From an uncultured Roseivirgaceae bacterium (GTDB lineage: Bacteria > Bacteroidota > Bacteroidia > Cytophagales > Cyclobacteriaceae), in contig CAZFRM010000021.1 in NCBI GenBank assembly GCA_964521255.1, positions 8,772 to 72,771 on the forward strand: 64,000 bases of DNA. The letters run 5' to 3'. The notes under the pieces were generated by a model. That model worked only from the letters and a program-made list of their open reading frames with translations. It made no database searches and was not told the origin of the DNA. The position numbers and the translations under genes are program-made. Each line of letters opens with the position of its first letter. The stretch's first letter is position 1. This document shows positions 39,221 through 48,585 of this stretch, in pieces.

Positions 39221-42200
39221 ATGAAGAAACATTACCGGCTTTTATTAGTAATGTTCCTGGTCGCAGCGGCTAACCTTGTCTGGGCCCAGGAAACAGTGGT
39301 AAAAGGTAAAGTGATCGACGCTACGGAAGGAATAGGTCTTCCGGGCGTAAACATCATTGAGAAGGGTACCAGCAATGGCGCCCTGACTGACAACAACGGC
39401 GATTTTTCGATCAGTACAAAACGAGGAGCCGTTCTGGTTTTCTCCTTTGTAGGATTTGTCGCACAGGAAATCGTTGTTGGAGACCAAACCTCCTTTGACA
39501 TTTCGATGGTAACGGATGCCACGCAGCTCGGAGAGATAATCGTTATTGGGTATGGTGAAATAAAAAAAGAAGACCTTACCGGTTCTGTGATGGCTGTAAC
39601 CGCCAAGGATTTTAACCGGGGTGTACTTACTTCACCACAGGATTTGATGTTGGGTAAATTAGCTGGTGTTCAGATAACCTCTAACTCCGGGGCTCCTGGA
39701 AGCGGATCAACGATCCGGATCAGGGGAGGATCTTCACTCAATGCCTCTAACGATCCGCTCATTGTAATTGACGGTTTTCCTGTTGATAACAAAGTGATCG
39801 GTGGAGCAGCCAATCCCCTGGCTTCGATTAACCCTAATGATATAGAGAGCTTCACTGTTCTGAAAGATGCTTCAGCAACTGCGATCTATGGATCCAGAGC
39901 ATCCAACGGGGTGATCATTATCACAACCAAGAAAGGAAAACAGGGCAAACCAATTTTAAGCTACAATGGTAACGTTTCAATCAGTACACCAACTAAATAT
40001 TTTGATGTACTTAGTGGCGATGAATTAAGGGGGCTGGCCACAGATGTAGCCAATAGTGGTATTGTTAGTGGATTAAATCCCGCTGCACTGGATCGACTGG
40101 GAAATGAAAACACGGACTGGCAGAAAGAAATCTACCAGGATGCTGTCTCGCAGGATCACAATGTGAGCATCTCAGGATCGATCAAAGATCTTCCTTACCG
40201 AATCTCCTATGGTTATACCGATCAGCAAGGTATTTTGCAAACCACGTATTCAAAGAGAAATTCACTAAATGTAAATCTTTCGCCTTCATTTCTGGATAAT
40301 CACTTAAAAGTTAACCTTAGCGCAAAGGGATCGATCACAAAAAACAATTTTGGAAATACGGGAGCTATTGGTGCTGCTGTTGGATTCGATCCTACACAAC
40401 CTGTTAAGAATGGAAATACACGGTGGGGTGGATATTATACATGGACTGTAGATCCTAATAATCCTAATTCCGATCCGATTGATCTTGCGCCCAGCAATCC
40501 TGCAGCATTACTGGCATTCACAGACAATACCTCTAATGTTGACAGGCTTATCGGAAACATTCAGGTTGATTACCGTTTTCATTTTCTTCCTGATCTTCGG
40601 GTGAACGTTAATGCGGGTCTCGATTATACGGAGAGTGATGGTATAAACAATACTTCTACATTAGCTCCCTGGGCCACTGACATCGGAGAAGGTCAGCGGA
40701 TAGACTATACCGGTGAGAACAAGTCCAAGCTTTTCGATATCTATTTCAACTACAAAAAAGAAATCGGAAGCAGTGAGATTGATGCTACTGCCGGCTACTC
40801 TTATCAAAGCTTTGAGAATTATGGCTCCAATTTCAGCCGCAACGGGGATGGAACCAAGTTCTATGACAGTCAGTTTGACGAAGAAACGCAAACAAATGTT
40901 CCCCGCCAGTATGTACCGGAGCTTAATTATCTGCTTTCCTTTTTCGGAAGAATTCATTACTCCTACAAGAGCAGGTATCTCGTAACCGCTACCTACAGAA
41001 CAGATGGGTCATCAAGATTCTCAGAAGAAAATCGTTGGGGAGATTTTCCTTCTTTCGCTGTCGCCTGGAACGTAAAGAATGAATCTTTCCTTGCCAGCTC
41101 CAATTTTCTTTCTAACCTGAAGATAAGGGCGGGTTATGGAATTACCGGCCAGCAAAATATTGTTATTCCAAATAGCCCTAACGGTTCTTATCCTTATTTA
41201 CCTGTTTACCAAGCCAGTACATCTACGGCTCAATATCAGTTTGGCGATGCTTATTATTATACGTTGCGCCCAAACCCGTATGATGGCAATATCAGGTGGG
41301 AGGAAACAACAACGTTGAACGCTGGAATTGATTTTGGCATTTTTGGTGATAAGCTGACCGGTACGTTGGATGTTTATCAACGCGAGACCAAAGATTTGAT
41401 AGCGAACATACAGGTAGCCGGTGGAAGTAACTTCTCCAATTACCTTTGGACTAACGTAGGTTCGCTTGAGAATAATGGTATTGAACTAACACTCAATGCA
41501 AAGGCAATCGAAACAACCAACATCACCTGGAACATCGGTTTCAATTTAACGCATAATAAAAATAAAATTACAAGCCTTTTGCGCACACCAGACCCCGCCT
41601 ATGAAGGCGTACCCGTAGGAGGGATTTCAGGTGGCGTTGGTAACAGGGTGCAAATTCACAGCGTGGGATACCCCGCTAATTCCTTTTACGTTTTTGAGCA
41701 GGTGTATAATACTGAAGGTATGCCCATTGAAGGTCTTTATGTCGATCGTACAGGCGATGGGGGTTCCGTTACCAGTAACAGCCGTAATAAATATCATTAT
41801 CACAGTCCTAATCCCGATATTATGATGGGCTTGTTCTCCAGCTTCAGCTACAAGAACTTTGATCTCTATTTCGCCGGGCGATTCAGCTTTGGCAACTATG
41901 TATATAACAACCGTGCATCGGGTAATACATACTCAGCGCTATATATCAACACGGGCTATTTTAACAACGTGGCTAACTACATATCCGATACGGAATTTGT
42001 CAATCCACAATACTGGTCGGATATCTATGTAGAGAATGCTTCTTTCTTTAAGATGGACAATATTAGCCTGGGCTATAACATCAACCGGGAGTCTACGCAA
42101 AGGCTAAAGGCTCGCGTGAGCTTTACCGTACAAAACGCTTTTATGGTTACTGACTACAGTGGAATAGACCCTGAGGTTAATGATGGATTTAATCCTGGTA

Positions 42201-42262
42201 TTGATAATAACATCTATCCAAGATCACGAAATTTTGTATTTGGAATTAACCTGACATACTAA
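39221..42262 (+). CDS. susC: SusC/RagA-family TonB-dependent outer-membrane transporter
   Basis: Signal peptide. 'VKGKVIDATEGIGLPGVNIIEKGTSNGALTDNNGDFSI' is the carboxypeptidase-regulatory-like domain. 'GEIIVIGYG' and 'IRIRGGSSLNASNDPLIVIDG' form the plug. It ends in 'FVFGINLTY'. No STN (anti-sigma signalling) domain is present. Confidence 0.95.
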   Translation: MKKHYRLLLVMFLVAAANLVWAQETVVKGKVIDATEGIGLPGVNIIEKGTSNGALTDNNGDFSISTKRGAVLVFSFVGFVAQEIVVGDQTSFDISMVTDATQLGEIIVIGYGEIKKEDLTGSVMAVTAKDFNRGVLTSPQDLMLGKLAGVQITSNSGAPGSGSTIRIRGGSSLNASNDPLIVIDGFPVDNKVIGGAANPLASINPNDIESFTVLKDASATAIYGSRASNGVIIITTKKGKQGKPILSYNGNVSISTPTKYFDVLSGDELRGLATDVANSGIVSGLNPAALDRLGNENTDWQKEIYQDAVSQDHNVSISGSIKDLPYRISYGYTDQQGILQTTYSKRNSLNVNLSPSFLDNHLKVNLSAKGSITKNNFGNTGAIGAAVGFDPTQPVKNGNTRWGGYYTWTVDPNNPNSDPIDLAPSNPAALLAFTDNTSNVDRLIGNIQVDYRFHFLPDLRVNVNAGLDYTESDGINNTSTLAPWATDIGEGQRIDYTGENKSKLFDIYFNYKKEIGSSEIDATAGYSYQSFENYGSNFSRNGDGTKFYDSQFDEETQTNVPRQYVPELNYLLSFFGRIHYSYKSRYLVTATYRTDGSSRFSEENRWGDFPSFAVAWNVKNESFLASSNFLSNLKIRAGYGITGQQNIVIPNSPNGSYPYLPVYQASTSTAQYQFGDAYYYTLRPNPYDGNIRWEETTTLNAGIDFGIFGDKLTGTLDVYQRETKDLIANIQVAGGSNFSNYLWTNVGSLENNGIELTLNAKAIETTNITWNIGFNLTHNKNKITSLLRTPDPAYEGVPVGGISGGVGNRVQIHSVGYPANSFYVFEQVYNTEGMPIEGLYVDRTGDGGSVTSNSRNKYHYHSPNPDIMMGLFSSFSYKNFDLYFAGRFSFGNYVYNNRASGNTYSALYINTGYFNNVANYISDTEFVNPQYWSDIYVENASFFKMDNISLGYNINRESTQRLKARVSFTVQNAFMVTDYSGIDPEVNDGFNPGIDNNIYPRSRNFVFGINLTY

Positions 42263-42280
42263 ACCTAAAGAAATAAGTTT

Positions 42281-43852
42281 ATGAGATCCTATAGAATAAT
42301 ATTTTCAATGACGGCCATCATCTTATTTCTGATGACCTCATGCTTCAGCGATCTTGATCCCAAGTCATTGGGATCTTCAGTAAAAACATCTGCTGATGTG
42401 TACGACAGTCCGTTAGCTTATAAGCAAGGGCTTGCCAAACTCTATGCAACGTTTGCCCTAAGCGGCCAGCAAGGTCCGGCAGGCCAACCTGATATTGAAG
42501 GTATTGATGAAGGATTCGGTAACTACCTTCGCCAATATTGGAATTGCCAGGAACTGACAACTGACGAAGCGGTTATTGGCTGGAACGATGCCACCATAAA
42601 AGATTTCCACTGGCAAACCTGGGCAGCTAATGATGTCTTCATTGGCGCTGTTTATTCACGCATCATGTACACCGTTTCACTTTGTAACGAATACATCCGT
42701 GTCACAACAGGCCTTGATGACGCGGATATTAAAAAATATCATGCTGAAGCGAGATTTCTCAGGGCGCTTGCCTATTACCATGCGTTGGATTTGTTTGGAA
42801 ATCCTCCCTTTGTAACTGAGGAACATACGCCTGGAGCTTTCTTTCCTGAACAGACAAACCGCGCTGACCTGTTTGCTTATATAGAATCAGAATTACTCGC
42901 TGTTGAAAATGAACTGGGTACACCAAAATTTGAATATGCCCGGGCCGATCAGGGTGCAGCATGGATGCTATTGTCAAAATTGTATTTGAATGCTGAGACC
43001 TACATTGGTCAGGCAAAATACACGGAAAGCGTCACTTATCTTAAAAAGATATTGGCTGCTCCTTATACGTTGTCAACCCAGTATCTCCACAATTTTGTAG
43101 CCGACAATAACACCAGCACTGAGATGATATTCCCCATTACTTATGATGGGGCCTATACACAATCGTATGGGGGAATGGTGTACCTCGTGCACGCACCAAT
43201 CGGCGGATCTATGGGTTCTGTTGCCACGTCAATGTTCGGTGTAGCCGGTGGGTGGGGAGGCGTTCGAACCACCGCTGCGTTGGTAGACAAATTCGATGAT
43301 ATCAGTGGCAATACGGACTCACGCGCACTTTTCTGGACAGACGGCCAGTCACTGGATATCAACGACATTGGTCAGTTCACAGAGGGCTATGCGATGACAA
43401 AATTCAGAAACAGGAAACTGAACGGTGATCCGGCAACAAACGCTCACCCTGATTTTGTGGACACCGATTGGCCGATGTTCAGACTGGCTGATGCCTACCT
43501 TATGTATGCTGAAGCGGTGCTTAGAGGAGGGCAGGGAGGCTCAGCTTCGGAAGCGCTGGGCTACGTAAATGCTATTCGCGAACGTGCGTATGGCGACACT
43601 TCAGGAAATATTAGCAGTGGAGAATTAACCCTTGACTTCATCCTTGATGAACGCGCTCGTGAATTATATTGGGAAGGTCACAGAAGAACGGATCTTATCC
43701 GTTTCAAACAGTTCACTGACGGAAGCTATGTATGGCCCTGGAAAGGAAATGTGAAAGACGGAAGAGCCACTGAATCTTTCCGGAATATCTTCCCGATTCC
43801 GGCAGCTGACCTTGGATCCAATCCTAATCTTAGTCAGAACACCGGATATTAA
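42281..43852 (+). CDS. susD: SusD/RagB-family nutrient-binding lipoprotein
   Basis: Lipobox '..LMTSC'. 'RFLRALAYYHALDLFGNPPF', 'WPMFRLADAYLMYAEA' and 'ERARELYWEGHRRTDLIRF'. Confidence 0.9.
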   Translation: MRSYRIIFSMTAIILFLMTSCFSDLDPKSLGSSVKTSADVYDSPLAYKQGLAKLYATFALSGQQGPAGQPDIEGIDEGFGNYLRQYWNCQELTTDEAVIGWNDATIKDFHWQTWAANDVFIGAVYSRIMYTVSLCNEYIRVTTGLDDADIKKYHAEARFLRALAYYHALDLFGNPPFVTEEHTPGAFFPEQTNRADLFAYIESELLAVENELGTPKFEYARADQGAAWMLLSKLYLNAETYIGQAKYTESVTYLKKILAAPYTLSTQYLHNFVADNNTSTEMIFPITYDGAYTQSYGGMVYLVHAPIGGSMGSVATSMFGVAGGWGGVRTTAALVDKFDDISGNTDSRALFWTDGQSLDINDIGQFTEGYAMTKFRNRKLNGDPATNAHPDFVDTDWPMFRLADAYLMYAEAVLRGGQGGSASEALGYVNAIRERAYGDTSGNISSGELTLDFILDERARELYWEGHRRTDLIRFKQFTDGSYVWPWKGNVKDGRATESFRNIFPIPAADLGSNPNLSQNTGY

Positions 43853-43869
43853 TTGCATGATTAATTACT

Positions 43870-45270
43870 ATGAAAATGAAAAAGCTAAAAATATTTTATC
43901 TGCTTGCCTTACTGGTCTTCACTTTTTCTTCTTGTGAAGACGACAGCCCTAAGGCAACTTTAAAGAGTAACGTTGCGCCTAACGAATTGAAGGCTCCTTC
44001 TTCTGATTCTTATGTGCTTACATTAGACGATAAGGATGCAATAATGGAAACGTTCGAATGGACTTCTCCTGATTATGGTTTTCCCGCTGGTGCAATGTAT
44101 ACCCTGCAGGTTGATCGCACAGGAAACAATTTCGCCAGTGCAATGGAGGTGCTAAGTACAAGTGCACTTGAAGCAGCGGTGAATGTAGGTACCTTTAACG
44201 ACATCTTGTTGGGATTAGGATTAACACCGGAAGAGGCGACACAGGTTGACCTCAGAGTTGTGTCCAACATAAATCCTGATGTTCCCATCGTTTATTCCAA
44301 TGCCAGAACCATCGAAGTTTCTGTTTATGCCACCAGTTTTCCTCCTATTTGGGGAATGGGCGCAGCATTAAAAGGTTGGGGACCCTGGCCGGATAATGCC
44401 GTTGAATGGCAAAGCAATGAGTTTAAAAAATATGAGACGACAGCATACTTTACCAAGGAAGAGACATTTCGTTGGTTTGAGCAACTGGATTGGGGCCCTA
44501 CATCGTACAATTACCCATACTTTAGCAGCGTTGATCCAACTTTCGTAAATGCCAATGACGATGATTCAAACTTACGCGTTGCTGGTGAAACGGGATGGTA
44601 TAAAGTAAATATTGATCTTGTCGGAAAAACGGTTACAGCGCTGGCTGTATCTGAACCGGTATTATACATGACCGGTGCAGCTTTAAACGGTTGGAGTTGG
44701 GATTCCGGCATACCCGTTAAGATGACCTTCATCAAGTCTGGCGTTTTTGAAGCAACAGCTACTTTCAGCAATGAAACATTCAGGTTTTTTGCACAGGCGG
44801 ATTGGGGGCCAACATCGTATAACTATCCTTATTTCGAAACTGTTGATAGCAATTTTGAAAATGCTAATGATGACGATTCAAACTTTCGTTATGTTGGTAC
44901 ACCGGGCTCTCAAAAGATTACGGTTGACCTGAATGCCAGGACCGTTATACTTGGTGATGAGCCTGATCCGGAATTGTTTATTACAGGGGATGATTTTGGA
45001 TGGGGCTGGAATGATGGCCAATATGTACAGATGACGTATATAGGGGGTGATACCTTTGAAGCTACTGTAGATCTCACAAATAACAATTTATTCCGTTTCT
45101 TTCCACAGAAAGATTGGAGTCCCTCGTTTATCTATTCTTATTTTACTACAGTTGATGCTGAGTTAGCGAATCAAGGTGCTGGTACGGACGAAAATTTTAG
45201 ATACGTAGGTACTACCGGTTCTCGTAAAATTACGGTAAACCTGTCTACGAAAGTAGTGACTTTGGAATAA
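43870..45270 (+). CDS. SusE/SusF-like surface glycan-binding lipoprotein with three tandem starch-binding-type modules
   Basis: Lipobox 'FTFSSC'. The module 'FR(W/F)F.Q.DWGPTSYNYPYF..VD..F.NANDDDSN(L/F)R..G..G..K(V/I)..DL....V' is repeated three times. Confidence 0.75.
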   Translation: MKMKKLKIFYLLALLVFTFSSCEDDSPKATLKSNVAPNELKAPSSDSYVLTLDDKDAIMETFEWTSPDYGFPAGAMYTLQVDRTGNNFASAMEVLSTSALEAAVNVGTFNDILLGLGLTPEEATQVDLRVVSNINPDVPIVYSNARTIEVSVYATSFPPIWGMGAALKGWGPWPDNAVEWQSNEFKKYETTAYFTKEETFRWFEQLDWGPTSYNYPYFSSVDPTFVNANDDDSNLRVAGETGWYKVNIDLVGKTVTALAVSEPVLYMTGAALNGWSWDSGIPVKMTFIKSGVFEATATFSNETFRFFAQADWGPTSYNYPYFETVDSNFENANDDDSNFRYVGTPGSQKITVDLNARTVILGDEPDPELFITGDDFGWGWNDGQYVQMTYIGGDTFEATVDLTNNNLFRFFPQKDWSPSFIYSYFTTVDAELANQGAGTDENFRYVGTTGSRKITVNLSTKVVTLE

Positions 45271-45284
45271 CACATAGTTGAAGG

Positions 45285-45322
45285 GCCTGTAAAATCAAAA
45301 TACCCGATTTTACAGGCTTTTT
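45285..45322 (+). terminator. intrinsic terminator after the SusE/F-like gene
   Basis: GCCTGTAAAATC-aaaataccc-GATTTTACAGGC is a perfect 12-bp stem, followed by TTTTT. Confidence 0.7.
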
Positions 45323-45349
45323 ATCTTCTTAACAGCCGACTATTAATCA

Positions 45350-45706
45350 TTGACGATGACTCTAACCCTTAGAGTACTGGTATTTTTTTCCTTATGTGTT
45401 CTTACGATGAGCTGCCAAAAAGAAACTGGTACTCGTTTCGTAAAGCTCAGCGCTGATCATTCGGGTGTTCAGTTTGAAAATAAAATTGAAGAATCACCCA
45501 AGGTCAACATCATGACCTATGAATACACCTACAATGGAGGAGGTGTTGCCGCTGCCGATTTCAATAACGATGGGCTATGCGATTTATACTTCACGGGCAA
45601 CCTGGTAAGCAATGGCGAAAAGGGGAGAAGGTTTATTCTTTTAGCGAGAAACGATGACAAAATGTCTCTATTCGAATTAAGTGACTTTGACAAAGAGAAT
45701 TTATGA
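45350..45706 (+). pseudogene. truncated N-terminal remnant of a CRTAC1/ASPIC-UnbV (FG-GAP/VCBS repeat) lipoprotein gene
   Basis: 'LTMSCQKETGTRFVKLSADHSGVQFENKIEESPKVNIMTYEYTYNGGGVAAADFNNDGLCDLYFTGNLVSN' matches the first ~95 aa of proteins that are usually over 1000 aa. Unrelated sequence follows, then a stop that overlaps the next gene's ATG. Confidence 0.6.
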
Positions 45707-48567
45707 AAGGAAAGATTTACAGCATTATTCTATTTCTGTTTTTGCCAATTTTTAGTTGGGCGGCCGAACCAATTAATCCGACAATTACACCTGCACTATT
45801 CCGTTTTAACGATCAAATAACAGTTGTCTATGATGTAACGGGTACACCATTGGCTAGCCTTGAAAATGCATGGGCATGGGTTTGGATTCCGGGAACTTCA
45901 ATTGATGCGAAGTACAATGTTAACCCTGCCAGTAATAACACAACGCTTACTAATAATGCTAAATTCACCAAATCAACCGACAACGGAAAAACTCTTTTTA
46001 CACTCGTTTTCACTCCATCCGATTTCTTTGCAACTGACATCAGTGCTCAAACAAGAATGGGAATCTTGCTTAAAGGGAATGACTGGAGCAATGGCCAGAC
46101 AACAGACTTCATTGTCGATTTCTGGGATGGCAGCTTCCAGATCAAACTTACTTCACCCGCGCAACGCCCGCTCTTTGTTGAGAATGGTGATGAAATATCT
46201 ATTAATGCTGAAACTCCTATTGCTGCAGACTACAATCTTTATTTGAATGATGTATTGATTGATGAAGCGGATGACGTTACTACTTATTCATACACGCACA
46301 CGGTCACTGAAACTTCCGGTTATTCTACCCTTAAACTGGTTGCGGAAGATGGAGGCAATTCCGATGAAGTAATTTTTCAATATATCATTTCTGGCAATAG
46401 CCCAAATGTGGTAAGACCAAGCGGAATTATCCCTGGCATAAACTACCACGAAGGTGATAACACCAAAGTTACATTATGCTTGTGGGCGCCGGATAAATCT
46501 TCCGTATACCTTCTGGGCGATTTTTCAGATTGGGATGTTCTGCCTGAAAATCTAATGAGCAAGGATGGCGAATACTTTTGGATCGAAGTTACCGGGTTAA
46601 CTTCGGGTGTTGAATATGGATTCAAGTACCTCGTGGATGAATCCGTGTATGTAGCTGATCCTTATGCCGACAAGATCCTCGATCCGGATGACCAATATAT
46701 TCCTTCGGCAGTTTATCCCGGCCTTAAAACATATCCTCAAAAAGCGCTTCATCAAAGTTGGTACTTCAACCGTGTCTCAGTATTTCAAACGGGACAAACC
46801 GAATACACATGGCAGGTACCTGATTTCGAGAGACCGGAAAAAGAAAAACTTGTTGTTTACGAATTACTTCTCCGCGATTTCTTTGCTAATGGTGATCGAT
46901 CTTATAACAACTTAATCGATACAATAAGTTATTTCAAACGACTTGGCGTAAACGCGATTGAACTTATGCCCATCATGGAGTTCAATGGCAATGAAGGCTG
47001 GGGATATAATCCCACATTTATGTTTGCGCCTGATAAGTATTACGGCACAAAGAATCAGCTGAAGTCTTTTATTGATGCTTGTCACCAGGAAGGAATTGCT
47101 GTAATCTTTGACATCGCCATGAATCATCAGGATATTCCAAATGCCTACGCGATGATGGACTTTGATTTCAGTGCAAATCCAATGAAACCAACAGCAAATA
47201 ACAAATGGTTTAATACCGATGCCAAACATCCTTTCAATGTGTTTTTCGACATGAATCACGAGAGTACTTATACACAAGCATACCTGGACACTGTGAATTA
47301 TTATTGGCTTAATGAATATAAAATCGATGGATTCCGGTTTGATCTTTCCAAAGGATTTACGCAAACAAATAATCCATCAAACGTAGGGGCATGGTCATCC
47401 TACGATGCATCACGCATTGCAATTCTGAAGCGAATGGCTGATGAAATATGGGAGCATACACCAAATGCTTATGTCATACTTGAACACTTTGCTGCCAACG
47501 ATGAGGAAAAAGAACTTGTAGAGTATCGGTCAGATGAAGGAAAAGGTATGATGGTATGGGGAAATTTAACCCACGCTTACAATCAAAATACAATGGGCTA
47601 TGCGCAGGATTCGGATATAAGCTGGGTATATTATGAATCAAGAGGATGGAGTGTTCCTCATGTTGTAGGGTACATGGAAAGTCATGATGAAGAGCGGAAT
47701 ATGTTCAAGAACATCACCTATGGAAATGTTTCCGGTAGCTATAATACAAAGGATATTTCAACAGCGCTCAATCGTGTTAAAGCAGCAGAAGTAATTTTCT
47801 ATACCATACCAGGCCCTAAGATGTTATGGCAGTTTGGAGAGTTGGGATATGATCAAAGCATCAACCGTTGTGAAGATGGAACCATCAGTGATGATTGTCG
47901 CTTGTCACCAAAGCCAATCAAATGGGACTATCTCAATGATCCACAGCGCCACAAATTATTTGAACATACGGCTGACCTTTTAAGGCTTCGGAATACCTAC
48001 GGTGTATTCACAAATGGAGAGGCTATTCTTTCAGGTGGTGCATCACTCAATAAACAATTGACTTTAAAAAATAAGCCTTATACATCAACTCCTTCCAGTG
48101 CTGATGAGATGAACGCCCAGGTTGTTGTGAACTTTAACCTTAATGACCAGTCTTTGATTGTAGAATTTCCTCACACGGGTACATGGTATGACTATTATGC
48201 GCATGGAGAACCCTTTGAGGTAACATCCACTTCCATGGTAATGCTGCTGGCGGCAGGAGAATATAAACTCTTCACCGACGTGATGATCGAAAATCCATTG
48301 CCGGTTGAGCCGCCGATAACAGGAATTGAGGAAACGGTATCGCCCCGGATAAAACTCTATCCCAATCCGGTGCAGGAAAAATTCAGCGTTGAGTTGCCCG
48401 GCGAAATGATCACAAGCCTGAATGTACATACGTTACAGGGCCTCTCAATAGCGCCGCGGCGGTTATCATCCAACGAATGGGATGCTGGCCAATTAACTGC
48501 AGGATTATACCTGGTAGAGATTAAAACAACAAAAAAGATTTATCGAATTAAGATTGTGAAGAATTAA
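45703..48567 (+). CDS. GH13 alpha-glucan hydrolase (pullulanase/amylase-like, CBM48-type E-set + catalytic domain) with a T9SS type A C-terminal sorting domain
   Basis: Signal peptide. 'VTLCLWAPDKSSVYLLGDFSDWD' is the E-set/CBM48 part. 'GIAVIFDIAMNHQ', 'IDGFRFDLSKGF', 'VILEHFA' and 'YMESHDEER' are GH13 regions I-IV. The C-terminal 'KLYPNPVQEKFSVEL...GLYLVEIKTTKKIYRIKIVKN' is the sorting domain. Confidence 0.85.
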   Translation: MKGKIYSIILFLFLPIFSWAAEPINPTITPALFRFNDQITVVYDVTGTPLASLENAWAWVWIPGTSIDAKYNVNPASNNTTLTNNAKFTKSTDNGKTLFTLVFTPSDFFATDISAQTRMGILLKGNDWSNGQTTDFIVDFWDGSFQIKLTSPAQRPLFVENGDEISINAETPIAADYNLYLNDVLIDEADDVTTYSYTHTVTETSGYSTLKLVAEDGGNSDEVIFQYIISGNSPNVVRPSGIIPGINYHEGDNTKVTLCLWAPDKSSVYLLGDFSDWDVLPENLMSKDGEYFWIEVTGLTSGVEYGFKYLVDESVYVADPYADKILDPDDQYIPSAVYPGLKTYPQKALHQSWYFNRVSVFQTGQTEYTWQVPDFERPEKEKLVVYELLLRDFFANGDRSYNNLIDTISYFKRLGVNAIELMPIMEFNGNEGWGYNPTFMFAPDKYYGTKNQLKSFIDACHQEGIAVIFDIAMNHQDIPNAYAMMDFDFSANPMKPTANNKWFNTDAKHPFNVFFDMNHESTYTQAYLDTVNYYWLNEYKIDGFRFDLSKGFTQTNNPSNVGAWSSYDASRIAILKRMADEIWEHTPNAYVILEHFAANDEEKELVEYRSDEGKGMMVWGNLTHAYNQNTMGYAQDSDISWVYYESRGWSVPHVVGYMESHDEERNMFKNITYGNVSGSYNTKDISTALNRVKAAEVIFYTIPGPKMLWQFGELGYDQSINRCEDGTISDDCRLSPKPIKWDYLNDPQRHKLFEHTADLLRLRNTYGVFTNGEAILSGGASLNKQLTLKNKPYTSTPSSADEMNAQVVVNFNLNDQSLIVEFPHTGTWYDYYAHGEPFEVTSTSMVMLLAAGEYKLFTDVMIENPLPVEPPITGIEETVSPRIKLYPNPVQEKFSVELPGEMITSLNVHTLQGLSIAPRRLSSNEWDAGQLTAGLYLVEIKTTKKIYRIKIVKN

Positions 48568-48585
48568 CCCAGAACACATAAAACT

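Noticed and set aside
46912-47364. 150-aa minus-strand ORF inside the GH13 gene. Similar long antisense or alternate-frame ORFs occur at 55516..55938, 59767..60219, 60237..60590 and 39232..39606.
   Set aside because: Each is fully embedded in, or antisense to, a strongly supported gene and has no recognisable features. They are typical shadow ORFs.
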